This document shows, piece after piece, positions 49,578 to 62,767 of a stretch of DNA of 64,000 nt. Position 1 is the first letter of the stretch; every line of letters starts with the position of its first letter. The notes below the pieces were generated by a model. It saw nothing but the letters and a program-made list of their open reading frames with translations, ran no database searches and had not been told where the DNA came from. Both the position numbers and the translations under genes were made by a program. This DNA is from Fimicolochytrium jonesii (taxonomy: Eukaryota): assembly GCF_025526975.1 (NCBI RefSeq), contig NW_026515684.1, positions 124,001 to 188,000 on the forward strand, read 5' to 3'.

Positions 49578-52430
49578 TCAATATCCAAACTCGTGCAAAC
49601 TCCTCCAAACAGCCTCGAGCCTCGTTCTTTGATCCTCCAATGCGCGTCTCCGCTCCGCCACAAATCTGTTCTCCTGCAGCATGAAATCCACCGCGGCGTT
49701 ATCCTTCTCCAAGATCCCCAACCGCGCGACCAGCTCCTTCTCCAGCAGATCCGAAAACCGGGACATGAAGTGAAAATCGACGTTCATGGGTACATTGTCG
49801 CTGAACCGACGGCAGGCGACGCGGAAGTAGGCGTGTGAGGCCGCCATGACGTGCAGGACTTCGTCGTCTTCGGGGGTTTCGGAGCGTAGACGGGTGAGGT
49901 CGCGGGCGGAGAGACCGGTGAACCCTGCTTCCGCCAACGCGGCGAGGGCTTTGTTTACTGTCTCGACTTTGGGCGGCTGGCCTGATGCGTTTGAGGATGA
50001 GGAGGATGCGACTGCTCCGTTGCTGGTCGCGCCGGATGCGTTTGAAAGGTGACCGTTGCGTGCGGCTTCGAGCTGGGCTCGGAACTCGTGGAGCGCGTTG
50101 GATTTTGTGCGGGTGAATTCGTCGGAGCCCATTGTGAATGGGTAGCGACGTTCCATGGTGACGAGGTTGTTTACGACTTCCGATGTGGAGCGGTAGAGCT
50201 CGTTTTGAAAGGCTTGGATGACGAATCTGTAATGAAATCAAGATTTCTTAGCGAATGTCGCCGACGGCAGTTCAGCTTTCCCCTTCAAACTCCTACCTGA
50301 CTTGGCCTTGCAGGTTGGCGAACCGTCCAAACACATCGTCGGTCAGCTTCCCAATCAGCGTATGCAGCTCATGATTGACGGCGGCTAAACACATCTGCCC
50401 GTCCTTCGCCCACTCCTCTTGGAACATCGAGACTACATATGTGAACGCATCATACGCAGAGTATCCCTGGAGCTCCCGTCCCTTTTGTGCATCGATGATC
50501 CGCCGCACATCGTGGACGGTAATAGGCTTCTTCGAATCCACTTCCGTGGCTTCTGGTACCGGGCCGGATTCTTTCTTTGCTTGTTTGTTCCCGGGTATCT
50601 CAGCGCGGCGTGGGTCGAACCCCGTTCCCCACCCTACCACGGATGAGATGGACGATGAGATCGACGTGGATAGGGAGGCGATAGCCGTCGCTGGTGCCAC
50701 ACCTCCTTTGCCGTGACTCATCGCAAACTGTGGTCTCGTGCTAGCCACTGCTTCACGGAACACGTCAAAGTGTTTCCGTATTTGCTGATAGAACTGCTTG
50801 AAGTCTTGGTGCGCAGTGACGTTGTAGTTGACGAGCGTACAGAAATGCCGCACCATCTGCAGGAGCTCGATTCGGGAGTTCTCGCCGAGGGATGGCGGCA
50901 GATTGTTCAGCTCCACAACGGTAGCCTGTATTGCCTCCTCCGTCCGACTCTGCATATCGGGTATCGACATCTCCGTCAGCATCGTCAACTGACGACTGAG
51001 CTCTCTCCGCAAAGAGTCGATTCCAAACCGATCCAGCTGTCTCCGAATCGTAGACCATGGCGCCTGGCCGGAGAAGAAGGCCTCTTCCATTTTCCTGGCC
51101 TCGTCGAAAGTTATGTTACGGTCGAGATCCGCTTTCGACGGATTCTTGATCATCCAGTATCCGAGTTTGAGGTTGTACTGATGACCTAACATGACCTGCA
51201 ACCATCTGTCGTGCGTGCCGGCTTCTATTGTGTCGGGCTTTGTGAGGACACCGAGGGTTCTCATGCCGTGTGGATCCACTTCCTTTGCCATGTGGACGAT
51301 TGCCTGAAACAGAGAATGTTGATAAGGAGACAAGGTAGGTCGGTGACAGAGTTGCATACCTGGTTGTCGATCTCATCCTTGCAAGTGATGGCTGCCACAA
51401 TAATCGCCCTCTCTTTGCTGATATACAGCCGGACAAGATCCTGTACCATATCGATGTATTGTGCGTCCTCCCGTTTATCAACAGACCGAATGATTCCAGG
51501 CAGGTCGATGAGCGTCAAATTGACACCGGCCCCACGGATATCTAGACAAATCACATTCTTCGAGAACCTAAGTTCGTTTTTGGCAGCTTCCGCATCCCGT
51601 GTGCTTGCTGTCGAGTCATCAAAGTTGTATTGCAGAAACTGTGTGACGTTCGTTGAGGGGTTCAGGAGGGCTTTCTGTGCGCGTCGGACGATCAGCTCCA
51701 CGTCTTCTTTCTTATGCAGTTCGGTTCCAAAGGGGATCTCTTTGACCGCCTTCAATGGTCGACCCATAGAGTCGTACTCGTATCGTAACTTCACAGTGCA
51801 ATTCCACTCGGTAGCAAGATCGCTGGCTGTGGTATCGTTCTCGCTCATCCGCACTTCTGTCACACATCGCGTACATGTGCCTTCATTCCGTGGGAGAACG
51901 ACACCACAAAGCGCTTCGAGGACACTACTTTTTCCCACGCTCTGATTTCCGCAGACCACGATCGTTGGGAGATCCAGATCCATGTGCGCTCCCGCATCGC
52001 GCATGACGTTCACCATCTTCACTAATCTGCGTGCACGGGCAGCATACGCGCTGGCCTCCAGGAAGCTATCGGCAGACAAGCCCTGCGTGTCTTGAGGTGG
52101 TGAGTAACCTGTCTTGGCCTCGGTCCGCCCCGGGAATTCGGCCTTTACGCCGTTCGAGTATGTGGCTGTCGACATGTTGCGAGATATTGCTGGTGGAGGA
52201 GTTGGAGTGTAACTTGGGATATATGGGAGGACTACGGAAGGCGGCACGACCGTGTTTCGCAACGGAGAGCCGGAGCGTGAGGATGCCGTTGAGAGCGTAC
52301 TGGTGTGCTTTGAATCTTCCGCTTCACGAGCGGGCAAGTTAGGAGGCGTCGTTGACTCTTCGGAGCGAATATGCGGGATTGGGAGGTTGTGCGCAACCGC
52401 AGAGCTCAGTTTGCGAGCTATGTAGAACAT
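49578..52430 (-). CDS. Mx-like dynamin-related GTPase, 3 exons
   Basis: DLPTIVVCGNQSVGKSSVLEALCGVVLPR.EGTCTRC, LTLIDLPGI, RTLGVLTKPD, GREL.G and a GED (AYF.VA.RRF.DNVP). The start may be at 52175. Confidence 0.88.
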
Positions 52431-53092
52431 TCACGAACGAACTGACTTCCTCCCTTGCCTCCGAGAGAGAGAGACCAGTTATATAAGCAACGTCTCCTCA
52501 AAAACGGGGGTTCCAGATTTTGTGGAGGGCTTCCCCAAGCTTTCAGAATACGTGGAGCACCAAAAACCGATCGTTGCTCTACAAACTCGCCACGCTCTAC
52601 AATGATCTCGAGGATGGGCGGGATACCCTACTGACCCTGTGGTGGAAACTAGAAATCTACTGAGGGCAGACTGAGTTATTTTTATCGATACTGGTCTTGT
52701 AAGTTGCGAGTCTCTTAAGAGTGCCCTTTGTTCGTACGAGAAACATGGACGCCAAGCCCAAAACAAGGAAGCAGGAGGAGCCTGGAGGACGCTGCAGTTG
52801 TTGTGTGAGGATGCCACGTGTGACACCACTGCTGGGCATTTCATTTCAACTCGCTCGCGTTCAGTGACGTGATGGACGTGATGAAATGGACCGCACGACG
52901 GAATGAACATCCCGACGTCTGCAACAACTCGGTGACCGGTCAAACTCGCTGCCTGAACGACGGATGTGCCACGTATATAAGTGGGTAATAATAAGAAAAG
53001 AAAGAGTTCACGGGTGTCAGCATACAGGTGAGGCTATGCGGGGGTGGACGGGAGTTTGGAAAAAGTGGAGGAGGTATATCTTCCAAGCAATC

Positions 53093-56000
53093 CTAATCTA
53101 AAAGCGACGAAGAAGTCGACGCGAGGAACTTGTCCACGTCTTCATCGCCGTCCTGGAACTCTTCTTGTGGGATCGATGCGTCTGTAAATGAGGCTAGATC
53201 GTCAAAGTCTATGTCCCCCTGCGAGGAAATGCACAAAAGGAGCCGTGGTATTAGTGATGGATATCTCTCAGTCCAGCCAGAAAGCGTCCACGTTGACGTA
53301 CCCTCACTGATCCAGTGCCCGTGGTGTTGACCTCCAGGCTCATATGGCTCATGTTATCCGAAATGGTGTCGACGCGCTCGTCTTCACGGTACGACGGCCT
53401 CTCCTGGAAAAAAATGTATAGTGGCATGGATGAGTTTGTGCCCCATCGAACATCCCACGTAGGAAGGTGAGAAGACCCACCACTTCTTCCCCCGGTTGCA
53501 CGCGGTCGTCCACATTCATCCGGACACTCCTCGTACTTGGAGCCCGTTCTCCATCCAAACTCGGTGCCGGCTCAAGCTGCGCACCACCATCAGGTAACCC
53601 ATCAGGGAACCGCTCCTTCAGCTGTCCAATAACATCCCAGTCCAGGCTCTCCTTCATGTCCTCGTAATCGGTGGCGGGGACAGCCCCCTTTTCCCGTCGG
53701 CGCTTGAAGGCTTCTTCGGCGAACAAGGCGTACTCCAGGTCAGGGAAGAGCTCAGGGTGGTCCCCCGGGCCCGTGATCGCCTCAGCGATCTTGAGTTTGT
53801 TGCTCTTGACAAGATCTTGGCGCCAGAGGTCCACAACGTGTTCGATTTGGCTGGGCATGAATGTTCGTGCAAGAAGCGCTGCTTCTGGAATACGGTCCGT
53901 CGAAACGAGGAGGTCTGTGCATTTCTCCATCTCTCCTCGGAGGAGGTAGCATATAAAGGCGATGTTGTTCTTGCCGGCCTTCACAGCAAGGTCTGCCAAC
54001 TCCGTCAAGCCCCGGCCGTTCCCGCCGGCCTGGTACAGCAAGAGCAGACCTTCCAAATCCTGTGCGTTCCGCAAACATTCCTCAGCCAGCCCGAATTGCC
54101 ACATCTCCAAAGCCTTGTCTCCAACGATCTTCCACTTGTCCTCCTGATTCAGCTCGCCAGCCAATCCGTAAGCGAGTTCCATCTTTTGCAATTGTATGGC
54201 CAAGTCAAATCGGTGTTCGGGGTCCGCGGAAACGGCGAGTGCCTGCTCCTTCAGATTCTGACCCTCCAAGAAGCGCGCGACACGGTTTCTTTGATCGGCT
54301 GGTACGCTGGGCAGAATGCTGTCGGCGAGTGCAAGGTCGCCGCGCAAGACTGCGGTCTGATATTGAATCAGACTCAGCGGGAGAGCATAGCTGTACACCC
54401 CCAGATCTTTATCGGTCAGATAAATCCTGTTGTCTCGTGAGATGTAGCCCAATAGGTACAACGTGTTATCAAAGTGGCTCAGGGTAGAGGTTTGACCTCC
54501 GACGAGGTAGTTAAGACGGTTTGTGCTGTTCGTATAGATGAACGAATCGCCGACCCAGCATCCAGTCTTTACGCTAGAAATCGCAACGGGTTAGTGAAAC
54601 GGCCGACTGAAAGATGCCTTCTGGGGCAAAAGGGTGCTCCCACCCTTCATTGATCTCGGCAACAAAATCAACAGCCTCCTCAATTCCCTCTTCGGTGATG
54701 CTGTTGGCACCATGCCTGTCAATATACTGCTGGAAGGCAACCCGGTTGAACTTGAGGATATACGTCGTGTCGTCGCAAACGATGGCGACGAGGTCGGATT
54801 CAGACCAGTACACCTGCCGAGCAGCATGATGTCAGTTTTGCATCTGCAATCGTGTCCTCGCATTGCCGCTGAAATGCACGCGTCTTACATTCCGACAAAC
54901 AACGTCCACCCTCCGCGCGCAAACTCCAGTCTCCCAATCGTAAAAGTTGACAAAGTTGCTGCTCCGGATACCCAGCAGAGCACCCCCAAAGATTCCTTCT
55001 GCGCTGAACGTCGGTCTGATATTGACCTCCGTCTTTTCTTTGAAGTTCTTGAAGATCTTCACTTTGGAGGAAGACTCGCGAATGGCATATCTACAAGCCC
55101 ATCGTGAGAATTCGTCCTTGACGAACGACATGTTGTACGCACGTTACTTACTCGGTTGAGTTCATCGCCCAGACAAACTCCAATGCGCTCCCGAAGCTCT
55201 TGTTCCGCCACGCGACTGCGGTATATATGATGTACTCCCCATCCCCACAGACAACCACGAACCGCCCGTTCGGACTGTGCTGCAGCATTTGCGGGTACAC
55301 CTCACAGCTTCCCAGCTCCTTCGTTGCGAGTTGGATCCTCTCGCCATCTTTGATGTTCTCATCCGCGCTCGTCTTGACATTCACAGTCTGGATCTCGCTG
55401 TGTTTTGCCCAGATGATCTTCCCAGTGTTGTCCATGCTGACCGCTGGCTCTTCTCGTCCGAGCTTCAAGTGCGTTCCAAGGTCAGCATGTTTGAGAACTG
55501 CAGGAACTAACGAAAAACCTTACCTTTATCGCGATGGTGCCCTCGTCATATCCGAAGGCAACATCATTTGTTCCTCGGAGATATGCAACCGCCCAAACGC
55601 GTTCCATCCCGTAGTTGAGCGTGTTTTCTAACCTGTAGGTGTTGGCGTGCCAAAGTCGTACCGTGCCTGTCCGACAAAGTTAGAATGCAGCGAGAAACAG
55701 AAGACAGGAAGAAAGTTATTCTCACCGTCTTCACTAGCACTGATGATGATGGGGAGGTCCGGGTGGAAGGACGCGACAGTGACATTGTGCGTATGCCCCT
55801 CTAGAGTCTGCACACAAGTTTTGCTCTGGTAGTCCCAGACTTTGATGGTCCTGAAAGGATGAGCTATGTGAGCCAGCGAACCATGGGCTAACCCAATGAT
55901 CCCGTGCCTAACGTCGCGGCAACACATACTTGTCATCACCGCCACTGATCAGGTATGGCTTGTCGCCACCGTAGTAGTAATCTACGCAATTGACACCTTT

Positions 56001-56908
56001 GTCATGCCCCTCGAGTGTGTAGTTTGGTGTCGGAGACCCGAGCGACCAAACCTTTCAAGAGGTGTCAGTACACATTCGAGCCTCCAACATCGGGGTTCTG
56101 TAGCTCACCTTGATGGTACGATCCAGGCATGCACTGGCGAATGTGTTTCCATCCTTTGGGTTGAAGTTCACTTGCATGATGAAATGCGTGTGGCCCTCAA
56201 ACACCATAACGTTCCTCCATCCCTTGTCCCAGTCCCACAACTTTATCGTCATGTCATCTGAACATGTCAGAACGTATGGCTGTGTCTGATGCACCGCAAT
56301 GTGACGAATGTAATCTTGATGCGCCTCGAACGCAATCACTTTCTCATGCGTGTTGTAGTTGAATACACGGACTTGCATGTCATCCGACCCTGTGATCAAC
56401 CATGATTTGCGTGCGATGAACTTGGCGGCACGAACTATAGCGGATCGGGGCGTTAAACATATGAAATTCGGAGGTGTCAAGTATCACTAGCAGCATCATG
56501 GTTTACCAGGCAGGTCCGTGATCTCAAATGTCTTCACCAGGTTCTATGACAGCGATGTGAGTTCATCATTCTCGGATCTCACCAGGTGCGCAACTCAAGC
56601 AGTGTATGTACCTGGTTTTCGTGGTTCCAAATATACACGGTCCCATTGTAAAGGGCTGCCAAAAGCCATGGCTCTGTCGGGTGGAAGTCGATAGCCTTCA
56701 CTCGGTCCGAGCGACTCGATAGCTTTCTCTGCAGCAAGAAAATCGGCTGAGCGACTGTCTATGACGACACTTCCTCTCCTGCAAAACTCCTAGGACCCGT
56801 GATCTCACCTTGATTTCGAGCCTGAGAGGCTGGATGGGGAATGAAATATTATGGAACGGTTACTTTTTCTGTGAAAACAGCCAGAGACACCCTCAGCTCT
56901 TCTCACCA
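53093..56908 (-). CDS. SEC27: Coatomer (COPI) beta' subunit, multi-exon
   Basis: First coding exon is ATG|GTGAG. Motifs [72 protein letters not shown] and D.EHRFDLA. The 3' end is approximate. Confidence 0.95.
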
Positions 56909-57371
56909 TGATGGTATACCAGGCCCGTGCCGCGTAATAGTATTAACGGTGTATAGTTGTGATGGCCCGATACTTGTGATGACCGCCGACACGTTATCTA
57001 GGATCGCTGCGGCTATGACTCTGCGGGCTGCACGTCAAGACGAAACAACAGTCAATGTTGCTTCAGGAGGGCAGTCAAGAGGCTTGCTGGTTTCCTATTG
57101 GCGGTCCGAGGGTCCTTATGCTGCTAATGCAAGCCAATGTCTGACTCTCTATGGGAAGTCCTGTTCTGTGGCGTGGCAACCTTGCCTCAAAAACGGCACA
57201 GACCCAGAGACCGCAGGTCGCAATGATCTGGCGCGTCTCCCTACATATGCCTCCTCTGCTTGCCATTCGTCGTTTTGCAACTAGCAGAGACAGCGCCCAC
57301 CTTACAACGTCCTCGAAGTGCTCCCTCGCTATTCATACACTCTTTCGATTGCCCCGCTCTTCGCCGTCATC

Positions 57372-58781
57372 ATGAGCTACTTATCCTCAACCCCTCTGTC
57401 ACCAGACGACAAAGTGCTCCTGGAGCCATTCCTCTATCTGACGTCAAACCCCGGCAAGGAAATTCGCACAAAGCTGCTAGAGGCCTTCGGAGAATGGTTG
57501 CAAGTACCTGCAACCAAGCTGCAAGTCATCAAGGAGACGGTGGAGATGCTGCATAGTGCGAGTTTACTGTAAGCTTCTGACAAACGGGAGAAGGACTTGC
57601 GCAAAACGTGTATCTGACGCTACGTGACTTCTAGGATTGACGACGTGGAAGATGACTCTATGCTCCGAAGAGGGAATCCAGGTTGGAAATCGGCTTGAAG
57701 CCATCGAGGAAGTATTATCGGTACTGAACTACGGCTCCGCATGTTTGCCAGTTGCTCACAAAATCTATGGGGTTCCTGCGACCATCAACTGCGCCAACTA
57801 CGTGTAAGGCCTCCCCTGTCCGCCACCTTCCTATGAAGGAATCGACAGGCTCAATGCACTATACCCATAGCTATTTCCTTGCATTACAGAAACTCTTCCA
57901 GCTGAATGATCCGCGGGCAATGATGATCTACACGGAAGAGCTTTTGCAACTGCACAAGGGTCAGGGGATGGAGATCCACTGGAGAGATTCGAGCACATGT
58001 CCCACGGAAGAGCAGTACATGGACATGGTGAAGAATAGTACTGTGTTTGCTGTTGACGCTCTGTAACTCGGTGAATGGTGTCTTCTCACACACGTGTCAA
58101 CTGCAGAGACGGGCGGTTTGCTGAGACTGGCAATCAAGCTGATGCAGATCAGTACGGAGGGCTCAAGGTAAAGTCCTCGAGGGGTGTGCAGACGGGTCTC
58201 TGCGATGCTGGAAAGATCAGTAACATTCTGTGTATGATTCCAGAGATTACACCGACCTTGTGAACATCCTCGGAGTTCACTACCAAGTCCGTGATGACTA
58301 CATGAACCTGCAGTCCAATCTGGTAAGCCCGTGACCATTGGTCATCGATACCAGGACATCAGCTCACCGCCGTTTTGCCTTCAGTACTCGCAAAACAAAG
58401 GCTTTGCCGAAGACCTCACAGAGGGGAAGTTTTCGTTCCCTATCATTCACTGCATCCGGACTGACACTTCAAATAATACCCTGTTAAGTGCGTAAGCCTA
58501 TCGCCAGATAGCCTGATTCAATGCAGAGCAATAGCTGACCTCCTGTATTTCTCCTAGGTATTTTGAAACAGAAGACGGATTCACCAGAGCTCAAAAACTT
58601 CGCCATCCAGCTCATGAAGAAGACAAACTCCTTCGAATACGTGCGGCAGTACCTGGTGAGAATCGAAGCAGAGGCGCGGGCTGAGATTGCCCGGCTAGGT
58701 GGGAATGCCAAGTTGGAGAAGTACTTGGACATTCTGGCGATCAACAAGGAGGACTGCGTTGATGCAAAGCTAGAAGCTTGA
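57372..58781 (+). CDS. BTS1: Geranylgeranyl diphosphate synthase (type III), many short exons
   Basis: [57 protein letters not shown] and [11 protein letters not shown]. Confidence 0.93.
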
Positions 58782-59236
58782 AAATGTCTTCATGGGGGCG
58801 TTCTTCGGGGGTATCTCCACCAATTTTGTATCATTCAGCCGCTGCTTCATTTCCAGTCGATAGTGAAATCGGGACGTACTGTACATCAGTTAAAATAGAG
58901 ACTACTGTATGTAGCCAGAAAACTTCGCTCACTTCCGTATTAGCTGTGGGATTCGGGAAAGCGGGAAGGAAGCGTTGGGCGGAACTCGGCGTGATTCCTG
59001 TATTATTGGCTGCGCAGAGCGCTGATAGGTCGCAGCTTGTGGGAGAAGCTCGACAACGTCCGAGCCTTTGGGCAAGCGAATACTTCAACTTGAACGCCCC
59101 TATTGCAGGTCTGCCTTCGAACGCCATTGACTTCTCCGGCTCTCTTGACGTAGAAGAACCTAACCAGCGCGGGCACTGTATCCTCTCTGCGGTCTCCCAG
59201 CTTCCCTTCAAGACCGGGCAAAAACTGACATGTAAT

Positions 59237-60613
59237 ATGGGTGACACGATAAACATCCTCGTAGGTATGCTTCTTCTCATCATGTTATTGGCTTTGGGAC
59301 TTTGATATGCCTGCAAGTTTGGGTTGAGCTCGGAGGTGGTCCGGAGTGGTGGGGTTCCGTACGGTCTCGCCTTGCCATATCGTGTAGTTCGTATAGTCGT
59401 CGCCATAAACGGGCGCTCAACGTCCGTGATCTAACGTACCGCGATAACTCATCTTCCTCTCTTCACAGTCGGCGCAGGAGCAGTCGGCGCCTTCTACGCC
59501 TCCCGTCTCCAACACCACCTCTTTCCCCCTCACTCGCCCAACAAAACCTCCATTTCCCTCGTCTGCCGCTCCAACTACTCCGCCGTCCTCAACTCCGGCT
59601 TCACCCTCAAAACCCGCCCTTTCGGCGACTACACCTTCCGCCCCGACGGCGTTTTCCGCACCTGCGATGACGCCGCTAACAGCGGGGTAAGATGGGACTA
59701 TATCCTTGTCGCCACTAAATCGCTGGTGCAGCTCTCGGCTGATGGAACCAACCCGCGCCCGGCGTCGATGGCGGCCGCGGACCTGATTGCGCCCGCAGTG
59801 ACGCCCGCGCATACAGCTGTGGTCCTGATACAGAATGGAGTGGGCATCGAGACCCCGTACAGGCAAAGGTTTCCTGCAAACCCGATCCTGTCGGCTGTGA
59901 CGGTTATAGCGGCCGCGCAGACGGAGCCGGGGGTGGTTGTGCATCACCGGTGGATGCGGATTGCGATCGGACCCTACACGGATTCTGTTGACGGGAGTGA
60001 ATCCCATGATTCAACGGGGAGGGATACGCTCTCGGCAACCCGTACCAGTTCGTTAGTGGACCTGTTCAAATTGGGCGGGGTAACTGACGCCGAGCAGCAC
60101 ACATCGCGCAACATCCAGATCGTTCGCTGGCACAAACTCGGTCTCAACGCCGCGTTCAACCCGTCCTCGGTGCTCGCGGGGTCCCGCCCGACATACGAAC
60201 TGCTCGTCGACGCTGACGCCCGGGAGCATTGTGAGGCGGTCATGGCCGAGGTGTTCCATGCCGCCAAAATCATCTTTAAGTTGGATGCGTTTCCACCTCA
60301 ATCACATCCGGAGTCAGCATTTCCCACATTGTCACCGTCAGCAACGCGAGAATACCCGAAACTAGCAACAATCCACGAAATAATCGAATCCTCCCTCCGG
60401 AACAAAACCTTCAAATCATCCATGGTCCTGGACTGGGAGTCGCAGCGCGAGATGGAGGTGGAGGTGATCTTGGGGAACGCGGTCAAGATTGCTAAGCGGT
60501 TTGCCGTGCAGGGGATGGGACGCGTGCAGGGGATGTATGCGTTGTTGAAGTTGGCGGAGAAGGCGAGGGTAGAGAACGCGGGGGATGCGAGGAAGGAGAA
60601 GAGCTCGCTGTAG
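59237..60613 (+). CDS. PAN5: Ketopantoate reductase (PanE/ApbA family), 2 exons
   Basis: Exon 1 (59237-59264) spliced across intron 59265-59468 gives ILVVGAGAVG. Further motifs CRSNY, VATK, LIQNGVG.E, RW.KL..NA.FN and SSMVLD...REMEVEVILGN. Confidence 0.85.
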
Positions 60614-61416
60614 AAAGCGCGCATGTACACGTTTCGAATTCCGGGGTCTTGTATATTAGATAATAAGTAGAACATCGGAGCCGTCTCAAGATAATCTAGG
60701 ATTCCACGCATAGAATAGACGCCCCATTTGGAACATTGTGCCGAACGATGTTTCTCAAATGGGTGATTTGATGAGGTCGATCACACCATCCCCCCACACC
60801 TTCCCAAAACCGAAGCCGCACATTTCATTGAAGTGGAGACTACATCAGTCCCTTCCATCGTCTCGTACGCCTCTACCGCCCCTAAACCTCGGGGGTCCCT
60901 CTCTTCATGTAGCTTCCGATCAAGGGTCGGGACACCATGGCACACAGGTGGTGAAAAGAGAGGGCAATAGACCCATATTCTACTCTCTCTTCATTATCGG
61001 CTCAGGGTAATACTGCTTCTGGTGAGTTTCGAATTTCGGGCTGTGACGCCCCGGAAGTGGGTTCGCGTGGTCGGAGAATTGGGGGCGCCGAATGGGAGGC
61101 ACCTCCGATGCTGTGAAATCCATGCTTATACGCAGGTGAATCACTAAGGGGGAAAGCGGAGGTACAGATCCCCCCCTCTCGACGCTGATTATCCTCTTAT
61201 ACAACTCCTCCAATCGCCACGTTCGATCCGCTCCACCGTGTGATCTCGCGCGGGCCCGGTTCTCGCGGTACCGTCTGATCTCCCGAGAGACCGGCATCTA
61301 GTGATCCTCGTCATGTCGCGATGAGCTGGTAGAGGGGCAGACTACAGGGCCTGCTGCTTCACCAGGTTCAGGAGGTATTGATAGGTTGCTGTTGGTACGC
61401 TTCGGGAGCGCAACTC

Positions 61417-62243
61417 TCAAGTAGGATGCCGAGATTCTTCTTCGAGTGGGTACCCGGCTTGTACCCCGCCAATGCCTGTCGCAGGTGACCATAGCCCTTC
61501 CTTCTTCCATCCGTCGACCTAATGAAGAAAGGGGAACAATCCGTCAGTTCATATGTAAAAGAACAACCATTCGCAGTCGCTCACACTAAGGACGATGTGA
61601 GTCGCAATGTGAACTCGCTGAGGCTCGGTAAGAGCCGTGGTTAGAGGAGCATTGCGCCTTTGGTGCAATAGATCACTCCGCTCGCGCTTCGCTATAGCTC
61701 ACGGAGGCGTTCGCTCTGGTCGACCTATCGGTCTCCGAGACCAAACCAACTCTCAAACATCCCTGGGCCTAGGGCCCAGTTGGGCTCGCTATCGCTCGCC
61801 TTCTCCTCGTTTCGCTCGGAACCTTCAAGTACTCCTGCGCCTAAGGTCGCTGTCACTCGCACTCTACTCGCTTCGCTTGTCGCAGCACTCACCAAAACAG
61901 CAACAACAAAAGGCAACGGCACAGGCCTCGCAAACCTCCTCCCCTCCACCATCGACTTATAAATAGCATCCATATGCCCCGGCTGCACCTCGCTCAGCAC
62001 CGGACTCTTGCTCGCCCAATCACAATGCTCCTCCTTCGCCTCCTTCGCCTTATCGGCCTCCTCTTCCGGGTATGGTTTGTGACCGCAGACCCAGGCTGCT
62101 CGCCGTTGTTCCCAGAATGACAGACCGGGATTGGTTATGTTGCTGGTTTCGGGTGATGGGCCGGGTGGAGGTTGGGGAGACTCGGAGGTGGTGGAGAGGC
62201 CGTCTATGGACTGGGGTGGTTTTTCGTCGTCTGTTGGTGCCAT
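61417..62243 (-). CDS. DUF4050 / Gag1-like clamp protein, 2 exons
   Basis: GL..WEQRRAAW and IY..MV..R.F..PVPL..VV.VL, spliced across intron 61519-61892 to VDGWKKEGLW. Confidence 0.8.
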
Positions 62244-62767
62244 TTTCGTGGGATGTTGGTTTCTAATTTCGCAGTTAGGGCGGACGCCGGGGCGAACTTA
62301 GTGGCCCCAGACAGTGTGTGGGATGAGGACCGCCGTTCGGTAGAGGTAAATTGGCGTGTGAGCACGAGCCTTTAGGGGTTGTTGAGAACTGGAGAGTGTT
62401 GAGCCCTTGCGAGGGTTTTTGGCGGCGCGCCAGAGCACGAGGGGCCGTCGCTCAAGTTGGATTTCTCAAGTTCGTTCGATTTGATTTGATTCGGGGCATG
62501 TGGCCCACCTTGATCTTCTGGATCTCAACTTGCTCAGACAAACAAACCAACCAACCAACTTGAAGACGTTTTATATGGGTCGCTTTTCACTGGTTTTTTG
62601 CAGAAAAGTAGATGGTTTTATTGTTGATGAATTATGTGCCCCAAGTGTAGGATGACTTTGAGCGGATCTTCAGATCCAGGTTCGAGCGGCAGAGGCGCCT
62701 TTCATTTCAGAGACTCAAATATATAGGAGGCTCCAAGATCTTCGCAAAAGGCAAACAGGCAGCTACC

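Noticed and set aside
61519..61892. RNase P/MRP RNA interpretation of the hairpin-rich intron
   Set aside because: The putative P4 3' strand coincides with the intron branch point, and the other conserved regions were not found.
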